DNA of 64,000 nt from Epiperipatus broadwayi (taxonomy: Eukaryota; Animalia; Onychophora): the NCBI GenBank assembly GCA_028023455.1, contig JAQFVV010000009.1:6820001-6884000 (forward strand). The letters run 5' to 3'. Position 1 is the first letter of the stretch, and every line of letters begins with the position of its first letter. The translations under genes were made by a program, and so were the position numbers. The notes beneath the pieces were generated by a model. The model was given only the letters and a program-made list of their open reading frames with translations, ran no database searches and was not told the origin of the DNA. This document shows, piece after piece, positions 15,051 through 28,064 of this stretch.

Positions 15051-16399
15051 AAATAACAATCTAATCCTTGGATTAAAAAGCCAAGACTAAAAAAAAAAAT
15101 ATTGATTTTTATATGATCTAGTACTCAATATTAGAGCATTTATAGTGCTCTATCTCATGGAGCTGGCATTTGTATTTAGCATTTGCTTCCATCAGTTGTG
15201 TATATCCCCCCTCCCCCAATTGTCTTTATTGTATCAAGTTTTTGCATAGATTCAGCATTTGCAATATCATTATTTATTAGAAATTTTAAGTATTTGAAAA
15301 GTGTTTTCCTTTACTCACTTGTTGATTATTATTTATGCAGACTTCCTGAAAGTACTAGAATTATTTTTTTGATTATCCCATAGCAATTTCAGATTTTTTA
15401 TTTTTTATCCTCATTTTTTTGACATTAATTGTCAAGAATTACTTGTCAATATTTGGTTTATCATAACAATTCTTATAAAATTATCTGAATCACTATATAA
15501 ATTAGAATTGTCAGTATATTACTGAAGGTAGTCCCCAGAACTTGAGAAAATAATATTAGTTATAATAGTAACTTTTTTTTGTAGAGATAGCTTGATTTTT
15601 TTAAAGGCAAAAAATTAGAGACATTAGATTTAGTTATTTTGTGAATATCCATTAATATATTTCTATTGTCTTCCATATTCTCAAAATTTATTAGAATTAC
15701 ATTAATAAATCTTTTTTTTTTTTAGAACTATATTTACTGCAAAATCTAGGGCAGTCTTTTGTTAGATGTGTTTCCATTTTACAGTGAAAATTTTATGCTC
15801 ATATTGACTTGAATGTGATTATATATGGCAAAACCTTAATTGCATGTAATATAGATTACACATTTTCAGTAACATGGTACAAAAAATGGGGATATTAGTA
15901 AAGACTGGATCTTTTAATGCTTTAAAGCAGGAAACACTTTTTTTAAAAAAAAATTAATGGATAGACCTTTTCATCTCTTTGTAATTGAAGTTTGTTAGAA
16001 GTCACTCCATTTTACTTCACCATAAGACCCAATTGTAGTTTCAAAAATAATTATATATTTCCATGTGATAAGTTATATCTAAATTTTGTTCATTTTTATA
16101 TTTAGAATGTAGATACAAAAGTTCAGAAGGTATTTATGGTGAACTTAGAGAAAAAAATATCATTAACAACAATCATGTACAATTACCAATGTTCATATAA
16201 TTGTACTATAATCAGCAATGTTAATCAAATTTATATATTAACCAATCATATTTAAAATTCCTTTATGACTGGCAAAATCCTTGTAAAACCTATGTAACAC
16301 ATCTTTTGGTCAATAAAGTATATTGTTGAAACATATTCATCACTATCATAATAATAATAACTACAACATAATATACTCTTAATAACTAATACATTATTT

Positions 16400-17795
16400 G
16401 CCTATTGTTAAATTTTTTCAAAATCATTTAATTCTGCCATCTCCTCCCTCTGCAACAAGCTACTGTAGGGCAGGAAGACAGTTTCAGTTTCAGCGAAGAG
16501 ACTTAGTTCCCAACCCATTAATAATGGTCTAGGCTTCCACAGTATGCAAGTGTTCTATATCCAAAAAAGCCATAAATTCTATTGCAATTGTTCAAAACTA
16601 CCGTCACTGTTACAAATAATCTCTATTGATAGACCTCTCCCTCTATCAGCTTTATTTTTCACCACATTTTACCAATCAATCCTATCAGCATCCAACCGAT
16701 CAACATTCCCTATGACTAATAAATACACATACTGGCAAACATATGACATACTATATTCGGAAGCCAAACAAAGATTTTCCTTCTCCCGGACTTGGTGTCT
16801 GTAACCGCCAGCTATTCTGTTCCTTCAAAAGATGATTCCTGGAGCCTAAATTTTTAAAGTTCCTAGTTTGTCTTAACCTACATGCATTGCCTACCTCTCT
16901 CTACATAAAAATATTATACTTTTTTTCAGCAGTATCGAGCCACTATCATTCTAAAATACATACAGACAAACAGTTGCATTTATACAACAGCTAATTCAAT
17001 CCTATCAGAAGATACCTTTCCCTCCAACAGCACATGCAACCACTTTCATCCTGTATGCCTTTTGTTGCATTCACCACATTTTCACCATTGGCAACAACAC
17101 TAGAAGACACCCAGCTATATTCATCAATAAGCTCCAATAAATCAAGACCTGGGACAATAATACTCCACCCAAAATATTTTTGCTGCCATGTGATCACTAC
17201 TAAAATAACCATCCAATTTATAAAAAGTCATAGTCCAACAATAATCACATTGAATAGCATTTAATGGCACCATTCATTACTCTCAATAGCTCACCTTCAC
17301 TAACTGAACTGCCTTCAATACCATCTACCACCAGACTTTAGAATTTACTCCCAATCTTTAGCAATGACAGTTCTTTGCACAGCACCAATAGCTTGATTTC
17401 ATACTACATGGATTATAATTAATCTTTATTGTCTTCCAAGATTAACAATTAAAAGAACAATAATCAAGATTAATTTAGTGATTGTAAATAAACTTCCAAT
17501 ATGATCCCAGATTTTACAATCTTAGGTCATATCCATACTATCTATGAAATTGAGTTCTTATTATTGAACTGTTTTTTTAAAGACTTTAATGATTAAACTT
17601 AATATTCATCTCCGTAGCAGCATTTGTTTAAAGTATATCTTGAAAAACCTGATTAATGTAACCCTTAAAATTAATCCATATAAAAATCTGTACTTGAATT
17701 GCATCTGTAACTTTTACAATCAAAAATTATGTAATGCTATATAACCCAAAGAATTAATACTATTATTATTGTTGAAATATGATGATGATGATGAT
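16400..17795 (+). mobile_element. Degenerate LINE 3' portion ending in a (GAT)n tail
   Basis: C-rich plus strand. The 3' region TGATTAATGTAACC..ATTATGTAAT..TTATTGTTGAAA aligns with the 3' end of the element at 19560-20517 and is followed by (GAT)n at 17779-17795. Confidence 0.5.
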
Positions 17796-18327
17796 CATCT
17801 TCTGACCTCAGCGCAATTCTATTGCTCAACTGCCAACCCTTGTACAACATTCTAGGCTTGCACAACATTTGGGTGTCCTATACACAAAGAGCCATTATCT
17901 TAATAGCAGCTATTACCAGCTGGTTCCAAACTCTTCAGTGCCTGCTGAAAGTAACTGAATAAATCCTCTCCCTGAATGTCATATCTTATAGCTTTCATTC
18001 GTTCAATCCTAGACCTTTGCACAGATTAACCTTTCCCACAATTCCAAGGACAATCACTAGCAAACACATGCTTGGCATTTATTCTCTGCCAATTTAAAAA
18101 ATGGCTCTAGAACTGGAAGTTTTTTGACTTCAAAATCAGACTCAACTTTTTTTTTTCTTGCAGTATTGTCGTCTGTACAAAAATATTGACCCATTCAGTG
18201 AGCTAGGTCACAAAGCCAAGGAAACTCAACAATACCCCCTCAACTGCCGAGCTTTAAATTCCTCGCGAAAAATTATGTTCAATGCATGCAGGTGGCCTGC
18301 TATTTCCATTCACCACATCCAAAGATA

Positions 18328-18792
18328 ACAAGCAAAACTCCATATAGTAGTGCCACTCAGTGCAAGCCAGAGTAATCCATGGATGCCAGAAGGCTTGTGC
18401 ATAAAATCCCTATCTAGTGCCTGCTCATTCAATATCCCCAGGCTAGTTTCTAACTTGTGGTTTTTGTCAGTGAGGAGCCTTGGATCTGAGAGCACTGCAC
18501 TTAGATCTTAGGTTCTAATGCAACCCTCCAGCAGCCACTTTTTTCTCTACTTAACTACAAAATTATGAGTTTAAAATTGAAAACATAATATTTTCAAACT
18601 CTGGTAATATTGGATGAGTAAGCAATATTGGATGAGTAAGCACTAGATAGGGATTTTATGCACAAGCCTTCTGGCATCCATTGATTACTCTGGCTTGTAC
18701 TGAGTGGCACTACTGTATGGAGAGTTTTGCCTGTTTTAACAACAGTGATGAGCAAGCATAAGAAATGGTGATCATGTGATGTTTTGTGGTTA
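18328..18792. mobile_element. Hammerhead family A insertion 1 (inverted arrangement, 11-bp TSD)
   Basis: TSD CATCCAAAGAT at 18317-18327 and 18793-18803. Antisense unit 18328-~18597 is joined to a sense fragment ~18603-18792. The minus-strand HHR at 18436-18475 is mutated (CTGACAA, GCC). Confidence 0.9.
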
Positions 18793-19559
18793 CATCCAAA
18801 GATCACACACTCCCGCAGCGCATGCAGCCACTTTTATCCTGTTTGCCTTCTGGTGCACAGGTTGCTTGTTCTCATTAGGCAAAAACACCAGGAGGAATCC
18901 ATCCCCATTTAAAAAAAGCATGAGATAACAGCCCCCCCCCCCACCTCAGATATTTTTGCAGCCATCTGGTCACTCCTTAGAGAGGAGTCCAACTCATAAA
19001 CTACCATAATCACAGTAAGCAGTACTAATGTTCTTGAATATCTCCTTTGCTTCATGGTACAACTATCTGCATGAAAGACTATGTCCCAGACATCCTAATA
19101 TTAGTCTAATACTATAAAAGGCTATCTAACGGACCAATCAAGCCTCGGGTAAATGAATTTTTATTCAAATGATATGAGCATTTTTTTAAAATATCCTTTG
19201 TTATTATGTACAAAACAGTATCATTAATTACAATCATTTATAATTACAAATGTTCACACTTATATGTCATGAAATAATTATATAAAATCTATGTTTGTAT
19301 AATTGTATTGCAATCAACTATGTTAACTAGAGTTATACAATAATCAACAATTGTTTAAACTTATTCCAGTATTACTGTAAGCCATATCATTCTAATTTAT
19401 ACTATGTTAGTTATATTTGAAATGCCTTTATAACTCTAGCTAAACATTGGTAAAACACAATTTTTGATCAATAAAGTATATTGTAGAAACATGTTAGTGG
19501 TGGTGGTGGTGATAGTTATGATGATGATGCAAACAGTTTAGTTAACTATCTATTCAAAA

Positions 19560-20517
19560 TGAATTGGGATTTCATAACATGGAAACCTTCAGAATTCAGG
19601 TACAATTAATCCACTTGCTTCTACTCTTAGTTGCTTTGGAACGCTTCAATGTCTAATGCCCATAACACCTACTAACAACATCCCACCAGCATCTGGATAC
19701 ATCACATTTCTCATTATATCAGTTCAAATACTTCTACACCGTTGGTAAATACAGCTACTGGCAAATCATAATTTGCTATACCTCCACACTCTTACATAAC
19801 TATTACATAAATTCCAACTATTACATAAATTCTAGAGATGGTCACTTAAAATTATTTAATGTTTTAATTTGACTTAATCTGCATGCCTTACCTATCTCAT
19901 ACTTTATCAGATATTAATGGCTGTTCAAACACATTGATCATTATGTGGACTGTGCCATGCAGCTGAAGAAATGCAGCAGCATATTTTCTACTTGTGTCAA
20001 GCCTTAAAATCAGCAATCTCATATTAAATCCATATAGGCAATCAAAATTCTCGATTCAGCAAATAACAAGCTCATATCAAAAGTCTACCATACCAACCGC
20101 CCAGGTTACATTTACACTATTTGCATTTTGGTGTACCTGATGTATGTTTATCTTAGGAAATAATACCAAGTAATATCCATCAACATTTATAAACAAATTT
20201 TAGATCTTGATTGCAGAATTGCACCTCCATACATTCTTGCTGCAACTTAGTCCCTTCTTAAGCCACCAGTGAGTCTTTAATACAAAATGGTTCATATAAC
20301 TGCACAACAGTTAGTATTGTCATTTCTTTTCTATATTAAACAGTGCTTTAGCAACCTGAAAATGGAACATAAGTTTTACTTAAATATAAATTACAAATGA
20401 TTGATGTAACTTTAAAAATTGAACTATTTAAACCCAAGGAAAAAAGATTGCCACTGTAAGCCTTGCAATCAAATTATGTAATTTTTATGAACAAAGTTTA
20501 ATAAAATTATTGTTGAA
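19560..20517 (+). mobile_element. L1/Tx1-like LINE 3' end with zf-RVT-type zinc knuckle
   Basis: CGLCHAAEEMQQHIFYLC at 19944-19997 (CxxC...H...C, typical of LINE ORF2 C-termini). 3' end AATAAAATTATTGTTGAAG. Confidence 0.6.
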
Positions 20518-20959
20518 GCCTAATGACCATGGCAATGGCAATGACACATTGGTTTTACACAAGAAGGTAAATATTTAGATTTTCATTGAATTAATAAATG
20601 GATTAGTTATATATCCACACCAAATATGGATATTTTTAAGTTTAGAAATTATGTATTCATTACAAAATTTTTACTGACTCTAGAATATATTTAAACCCAA
20701 GGAAAAAAAGATTGCCACTGTAAGCCTTGCAATCAAATTATGTAATTTTTGTGAACAAAGTTTAATAAAATTATTGTTGAAGCCTAATGACCATGGCAAT
20801 GGCAATGACACATTGGTTTTACACAAGAAGGTAAATATTAAGTTAGATTTTCATTGAAATTAATAAATGGATTAGTTATATATCCACACCAAATATGGAT
20901 ATTTTTAAGTTTAGAAATTATGTATTCATTACAAAATTTTTACTGACTCTAGAATATAT
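20425..20959 (+). repeat. Near-perfect ~263-bp tandem duplication spanning a LINE 3' junction
   Basis: TATTTAAACCCAAGG...CTCTAGAATA at 20425-20687 and 20688-20959, with TAT(T) microhomology at the junction. Confidence 0.92.
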
Positions 20960-21373
20960 TCCTCCAGTTCAGAATTCATTTAGGACATGTAAAATTTTAA
21001 GTTTTCAATTTATGACTAGTATCTACATATATTGTCATTCATCATGAATTTAATGATCTACAGATATCTTTTACGTCTTCATCATCATAAGGCCAACATA
21101 TTTGCTTATCATGATAGATATGTTTTCAAGATATGCACTTGTAAATCCTGTTTAGATCATTAACTACAATTTGCCATTAATTGGAAAATCTAAAAAGAAT
21201 TAATAGGCTAAGAAACTATTTTTAAATCACCAATCACACAAGTTATTCTCTACTTTCAATATTTAAACAAATTCTTTTGAAAAGTGATATAGGTATATAG
21301 ATAATTCAGAGTATATTAAATAGCCTCAATATTCATATAAATACGGATAAAATAAAAGTCAAATGATCCCCAA

Positions 21374-21405
21374 GATGCATTTTGTGCTGAACCAGCACTC
21401 ATCAG
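21374..21405 (-). ncRNA. Degenerate hammerhead ribozyme core (third family, relic)
   Basis: Minus strand CTGATGA-GTGCTG-GTT-CAGCAC-AAAA-TGCATC: perfect 6-bp stem II, with G12 changed to A as expected from CpG decay of CGAAA. A related copy lies at 41282-41327. Stem I pairing is poor. Confidence 0.4.
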
Positions 21406-22487
21406 CACTTATTGTTCAGGAATTTACAAGACATTTGAGCATCAAAATTGACATCTGAATTGTCATCCATGTATCTGGTAGTCCAGAGTCTGCCATCTAC
21501 GACCGCATTAAAGCTCATAATGCAGTAAGAATTATAATGTTATAGAGAGTTAAGCAAGTGATCCTGTATAAAAATTGGTCCAGGCAAGAGTCTATAGAAG
21601 TAACACCATTCCTATTACATTTTAGTTCTCAAAATTAAACTTAACTAACCTTACTAACAAATAATATGGTTTAAATAATTTAGTTGGGGGTAAAAAAAGC
21701 TGCTCTAATGCAAAATATATTAAGCCAAAGTTATACAAACTGTAAATAGGGGAACAAGAATTAATAATTTCCAATAATTGACCTGTGCAGATACAAATTT
21801 ACTGGTTGGAATTAATAAAAGGATATACAATATAGGAGTCATTAAACTGGATAGTATAATATTTTTGTTTTTATATATCAAATGTAAAGGGAAGAAATGA
21901 AGCAACATGTATGTTATTATTTTTTTCTTTTCATTAGAATTTTGAAATAAAATAAAAGGTACATATAATAAATAAGATATAATTGAAATATTTTTCTTAA
22001 TTTAGTAATAGTTTGTCTTTGAATGATCCTGTGTGGCTTATTTAATTAATAAAAAATTATTTAATAGATTAGAGAGGAAAAATACAAAATCTTAGTTTTA
22101 AAATTTATATCTTTGTCTTGAAAAGATAAATGTTTAATTGTATTTTACCAAAATTTGAAATAAAAGAACAAAAAAAAATTCATTATTTAATACTTATTTG
22201 GATTAGAATTTATATAGATCAAATGAGATAGCTAAAATGATTTATTTCTATTTACTGGAATTAAGAGGAAGAAAATTTAAAGAAAAACAGCTATATCAGT
22301 GTTATGTATTTGGTTTAGCTTTGTTAGCTGAATTTCTATTGGATATATATATTGTTACCGTCCGCTTTATATCTATATAATTTTTATCCGTACTTTCCTA
22401 AAAGAGATCGAGAGCTCCGAAACAAACATGACATAGCGTAAAGCTTTATTTATTTTCTTATATCGGTAATTGTTTACTATCAATACA

Positions 22488-22870
22488 AGGGGGCGCCAGA
22501 CACGATGGTTTAATTATTATTTAACTTCTCGCATCACCTTACGTCATGTCAAAACGATTTCGAAGTCTAATCCCGCCCACCAGCTCCGACTCCCAGCATG
22601 GACCAATAGGGTCACTCAGGGCCACGATGTAATTGTTTCAGTAATTACTCCTGACGTAAAAGACGCACTGTACACTAATGGGAAGGAAGTTTTGTTTACT
22701 AACTGAGTGATCCTGGTACTGGACTTAATTATTGGTTGTTTGCGACCAATACGACTGTTCGTTCATCCCTCAAAACGATTAGGCTTCTAAGATCATCCCC
22801 CCTATGAATTACTTTCATCATTAGCATTAGACATTTATTTATATTTTTATTATAGGCCCGCCCAATTCTT
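22488..22870. promoter_or_regulatory. CpG-rich promoter-like cluster (GC boxes, CCAAT boxes, CRE/ATF-like sites)
   Basis: CCCGCCC at 22572 and 22857; CCAAT at 22603, 22746 and 22862; ATTGG at 22731; TTACGTCA at 22539; TGACGTAA at 22652; TCCCAGCATG (ZNF143-like half-site) at 22591. Locally high CpG against a CpG-depleted background. Orientation unresolved. Confidence 0.55.
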
Positions 22871-23471
22871 AAACCTATCTTAACTAAGAGTAAATAAATA
22901 AACATCGTGACTTACGGCACGATGTTGGCAAATGACATTTTAAAAGAACAAATGGTTAAAAAAAAAACAAATCTAAATCTAAATTAGTGTAATTAAATGA
23001 CAACTTTATTAGTGATTAAAAGGAAATAAAATAAGAATTTAATTGTATGAAAAGATTTGAGAAATGCTCGACTTGTTTATATACTGAACAAATTTATTAA
23101 ATATAAAAAAGCAATATTAATTCAAAATTTATTTGCACACGCACACACACGCATTCACGCACTCGCCCAGAAAGAAACATATTATACATAATACAATGTG
23201 GAATACAAATTTCATTTTATATCTTGAAAATGATTGTGATGACTTATTGGATAATAATTAAGGTTAAAGTTCATGTTTTGGAAAAGTCCTAAGATTAAAT
23301 TTGATTTTATGAATGTTGAGGTTACACAAAGATAAGTTACAATAATAGGTTAAATATTACGGAATCTTTTATGATTTAATTTATGCAAGTGTAAGTTAGT
23401 TAACTATGAGATTGCCTTTAAGAGTTTACGAGTGGAGTGAATGAAAACATAAAGTAAAATAAATTGTTTAC

Positions 23472-23768
23472 CTAGGATTTGGATTTCGACTTCCGCTGCT
23501 TCGAATGAAATGAGGATTTGAACGTGGGAGATGGCATTTTCATAATGAAGTTATTCGTTTTATTTAAAGTTGAGCATAGCATGGTCTGGACGATTCTGGT
23601 ATTTCTCGGAACATTATTATTAAATCGGAGCATTAATTTTAAATGGAGATGTCGGTGAATATTCATAGCTTCGGAGATATTTGGTGGCGGAGCGGCGATC
23701 AATCACTGAAGGGTTTCCTAGCCCAGCATGATAATCGACGCTCTCAGTATTAATTTCACAGCGATCAT
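23472..23768 (-). other. Exon-like GC/CpG-richer island (possibly non-coding exon)
   Basis: 297 nt between an AAG| acceptor-like site and a strong CTAG|GTAAAC donor on the minus strand. No frame is open across the whole island in the standard code. Confidence 0.25.
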
Positions 23769-26173
23769 CTTGAATACGGATACGGCGAAACAAAAGTATA
23801 TTATTTTATATCAAGCTATATCAAGCACTATATTGAATATAACAAGCAAGTACGTTAAGCGAAAATATATAAGCAACACTATTAAGTCAGTTTAACCCCT
23901 AAAAAAACTATAGATTTTCCGTGATATTTATATGAGATGGATTTTATCTTAGGATCCAATCTCCCCCCAGAGTTCCATATTTTTAGAGTTGTCGTTAGGG
24001 TCCGCGTCTGATGTAAATGTTCACTCAATCCTTGTGCTCAAGGCAATTTTAGATCTAGGCAATCTCATGTTGCAATCTCAGTTAACAAACTTCTATTCAT
24101 TCACACTTTGAGTGCATACGTGTGTGCGTGTCTTACAAGAACAATACAATTTACATTAACTTAGAAGTCGAGCATTTAATCTTTTCTCAAAATCATTTCT
24201 ATAAGTTTTACTTTTACTATAATTATAATTCTAAAAGAAACCCTTTTTTTTAAATACCCCGTGGCGTATACAAGTGGAAATTATCTATTAATATTTATAA
24301 TGGCATATTATATTTTCTTTTATAATATTTTTTTAGAGAATGTTATTTTATTAATTTATACGAAAGCCTTGACTATTTAATTAGACACTTATTATCTTTA
24401 TTTTTACAAATGTATTTTAGAAAATGTGGGAAGAAAACTATTAAAGGTTACAAAATATAACGTTAAGAGTATTTTATAATGCTTGAGTGTGTGTGTGTTT
24501 ACAGATACCGACTTTGTCTCGTTATATAATTATTTCCCTTGGTTTAAACCCTATGTAACGCTATTCCGTTACAATATATATATATATAGTCCGCAGAGTC
24601 ATATTTTCAAATTTATATTTTTAGTCAACAGGATCAAAATATTGCATAAAAATCTCAACAGAGTTTAATATAAATTTCAGTACCAAAATGTATAAATAAA
24701 GATATGTATATGAAATAAGTGAAAATATCATAACCATAAAAGTTTAAAAAAATAAAATTATGTGGAACAAGTCTCTATGATCTAATTCAAAATAAAATAA
24801 AGTCTAGTATTCTTTAGAAAGTAAATACATTGTTGAAAGCTTTACTTATTTAACTTATTATCTATTTCACTTGTTAATTAATCCAAATATATTTGAAAAT
24901 CCTTTAGAGTTATATTAAAAGAATATTTGAAATTGCGAAAAGGAAACATGGCAGTTTTTTTTTTTATTAAAAAAAACAAACATTTATTTTTTGCGTTTAA
25001 TTATGTATAATTGTTTTATATCTATTTTATTAAGGATATTATGAGTCTTTTTGCCATCTATAATTAATGATATAATGCAAGATGAATATAAAATTGGCAA
25101 ACATGAATATATTAAAAAGAGTAGGATTTGAATATGCTGATAATATTAACATGATTCAAGAAAGTTGGTCTTGTTGAAATAATTGATGGAACGAATCCAT
25201 TTAACTATTTCTCTAATACTAATTATTATCATATTAACTAATAAATTGTTTTTCTCTTCATTAAATCTCGAAAGTGCTAAGCAGACCTATTACACATTAT
25301 AGTATAATTATAGCTTCACTAACGCATGTGAAAAATGTGAATATGAAAAATATGAAAAAAGTCGCATATTTATAATTACATATTAACTAATAATATAGAT
25401 TTGTTTTCAGAAAATTTTTAACTCTATTCTAGTGCAATATATATAATATTTGAAGAATTTCTGCTATACTTTGAATATTATTTATATATGGCAATTGGAG
25501 AGATTTTTATTCCCAATATATTTTCTAATATATATATATTAATAATAAGTAATAAAATTTAATATTCAATACCTTTTATTAACCATATAACATCCAAATG
25601 AACATTAACCCATTGTAACGATATATAAATATGCCGTTACATTAATTTGAAATAAAAACTTTTAAGTTCGCAAATAAAAATAAAATCTATTAAAAAAAAA
25701 CTAAACGCTAAATTTAAAATGTTTGTTAAACGTATATATTCGCACAGATGCTAAACTTTAAAAATATTTTTTTTATATAAATAAAAAAAGAGTATTTGAA
25801 CATACTTTTTTATAAAAAAAGTACAAGATTTAAAGATAAAATATTTTTGTAGATGGAAATGATTGTTTATTAATTATCCAAAAGCTGTGTAATTAAAAAG
25901 TCAGATGAAAAATAGATAAGAGAATAAAGAGATTTTAGCTTGACCAATGGAAGCAAATAAAGGCTCGGACCATAACGAAAAAAATGGAACAGTGACGTTT
26001 TTGTTCGTGGAATCCATAGGAGGACTATAAAAAGAAAAATATTGAGTTCCAGACAGTTCCAACTTGATTTGGTGAGACGAACGATGGGACGCACATATCG
26101 TTCTCTCTCACTTATTTTAAAAAGGAAAAGACTGTGATTCCAGAATGAACCAGCTAAGGCTACCTCCAGAATA

Positions 26174-26241
26174 TCAGAATGGTCTTCCATGAAAGTCTTC
26201 GGGGGAATTGCCAATAGGAACCTGGACTCTTCTACCGTAAG
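26174..26241 (-). CDS. Candidate terminal coding exon (..YGRRVQVPIGNSPEDFHGRPF*)
   Basis: Acceptor TTCATATAG| at 26242; the phase-1 frame is compatible with exon 27103-27216 and ends at TGA 26176-26174. No homology recognised, and alternative frames and donors exist. Confidence 0.22.
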
Positions 26242-27102
26242 CTATATGAACTAAACAATTTTTAAAATCATAAAAAAATAAAAAAAATAATTAAGAACTT
26301 TTGTCAGGGTTTGACAAATTTAATAAACAAACCAACTTAAATGTTAAAGTGGACTCTTATCTGATTTTTGTAAGTTTCAAATCAATTAATAATGTTTAAT
26401 TTTATATATTTTGCGTTTGATAAAAATCATTTCCATTTATTATTTTATTTGTATTAATATTTATTGTTTAAATTTTAAATGAGGAAATTTAAGTTGGGTA
26501 TAGACGTTGCATAGATTCGTTAGCGGTTAATTATGTTGCTGTTTCATAGTCGATTGGAATATATAAGTCATCAATGTCACTGCGGCATCTTACGATGAAT
26601 GCTATTGGGTTTTTTTGTATTCCCTATGCAATTGACATTATCGATGATTTTGTATTTTGATCGGTTGTGTTTATTTTGAAATGTTTTTGACCGTGGAATC
26701 TGTGCAGCCGATCTATACTCAACATTATAAAACAAATTGTATAAAATTCATCTGTGCGAACGTATCTAAAGGTTAAATTTAAGTCGGGCATGAATGGCTG
26801 TATAGATTTGTAAAGTTATATATATAGTTTAAGGGAGGGTAATCTTAGGTTATTTGTTTCGCAGTTAAATTGGGTCAATGGATTAGATGTATTGATGTAA
26901 TTAGTAAATGTAGCAGGAGATCCGCTACAGGCAGGATTGCATATTGACGCCACACACCTTCTGTTTGCCTATGGATGGGATTGTAAGTCGGCAAAAAGGA
27001 CCGCAGTCCATTCCTATGGAGTTTTTTGTTTATTGTTCTGCTTGCCAACAGATGTAGCATTCCTGTTGGTTGAGAGACAATGTCTTCTCTAACTCTACTT
27101 AC

Positions 27103-27216
27103 TGTTCAGATGAACATTCCTGACAGTATAGTATTTTGTGTTGTTGTATTCATGCTGCATTGAATACATCGATATATCCGATGGATTGACGTTGGTTTGT
27201 CTGCGAACTTTTTGGC
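27103..27216 (-). CDS. Candidate 114-nt symmetric phase-1 exon (GQKVRRQTNVNPSDISMYSMQHEYNNTKYYTVRNVHLN)
   Basis: CCTTAG| acceptor, ACA|GTAAGT donor, and a single stop-free frame. Protein not recognised. Confidence 0.3.
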
Positions 27217-27753
27217 CTAAGGTTAAATAAGGGATAGAACATTTTCTTTTCAAATACAATCTATATAGTCTATTCATACTCGACCCTCTAAATAAATATT
27301 AAACTCATTATTGCAAGCTATTTAAATGTAAAATTAAAAGTTAATATAAAAATCTAAAATGTTAAATTTATTCCTCAAAATTTAAAATGATTCAAAATTT
27401 ATATGTGCTTAAATAAATATTTGTTTGTTATTTACTGGCAGTGGCTTTTATTTTTTGTATATATATTTAAGATGCAATTAAACAAGTTATTTATTATCTC
27501 TGCATCTCCATGAGCTAGTGACAATGGGCTAACAATCTGAATATTTAAATAAAGTGGAATCTTAACAGCGCGTATCTGCCTACTTTATAAATTTTTCTAG
27601 GTTCAAATGCATAGATGGCGCCCTGTAGTGCAGATTGCGGTTAGATTCGATCTCCACTTTCTTTTGGATCATTATACCATAAAAACAGTTTAAATTTAAT
27701 AGCACAAATCTTATCTTAAATAATTCTCCACTATTATATGTAATTCTCTTTGA

Positions 27754-28064
27754 GCCAATAAACATCACATGATCACCATTTCGTATGCTTGCTTATAACT
27801 GTTATTAAAACAGGCAAAACTCTCTATACATATTGTCACTCTGTGCAAGCCAGAGTAATCAATGGATGCCAGAAGGCTTGTGCATAAAATCCCCATCTAG
27901 TGCCTACTCATCCAATATCCCCAGACTAGTTTCTGGCTGTGCGAAACTAGGGGATATTGGATGTGTAGGCACTAGATGGGGATTTTATGCACAAGCCTTC
28001 TGGCATCCATTGATTACTCTGGCTTGCACAGAGTGGCAATACGTATAGAGAGTTTTGCCTGTTT
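27754..28064. mobile_element. Hammerhead family A insertion 2 (fold-back, 13-bp TSD)
   Basis: TSD TAATTCT(C/T)TTTGA at 27741-27753 and 28065-28077. Inverted arms of ~125 bp (27808-~27931 vs ~27943-28064) plus a 54-nt unpaired tail (27754-27807). Only 3' halves of the ribozyme are present. Confidence 0.9.

Noticed and set aside
26145-26236. MNQLRLPPEYQNGLP*KSSGELPIGTWTLL with an in-frame TGA before a GTAAGC donor (selenoprotein or antizyme-like recoding).
   Set aside because: No selenoprotein or antizyme motif recognised, no SECIS seen, and no TCC-TGA shift site; it may be a uORF.
21650-27216. Possible UAA/UAG=Gln genetic code: several islands have long frames interrupted only by TAA/TAG (e.g. 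minus 27216-26594, minus 23768-23472 with TAA TAA TAA, plus 26691-27110), and a phase-consistent four-exon chain can be built.
   Set aside because: TGA-free frames occur on both strands of the same DNA and the products resemble no known protein. The Penelope ORF uses CAA/CAG for all 5 Gln and ends at TAA where expected, and the gag frame uses 12 CAR vs 2 internal TAR. A similar TAA-rich frame at 33960-34215 proved to be the off-frame of a LINE. A Codetta/BUSCO codon analysis would settle it.
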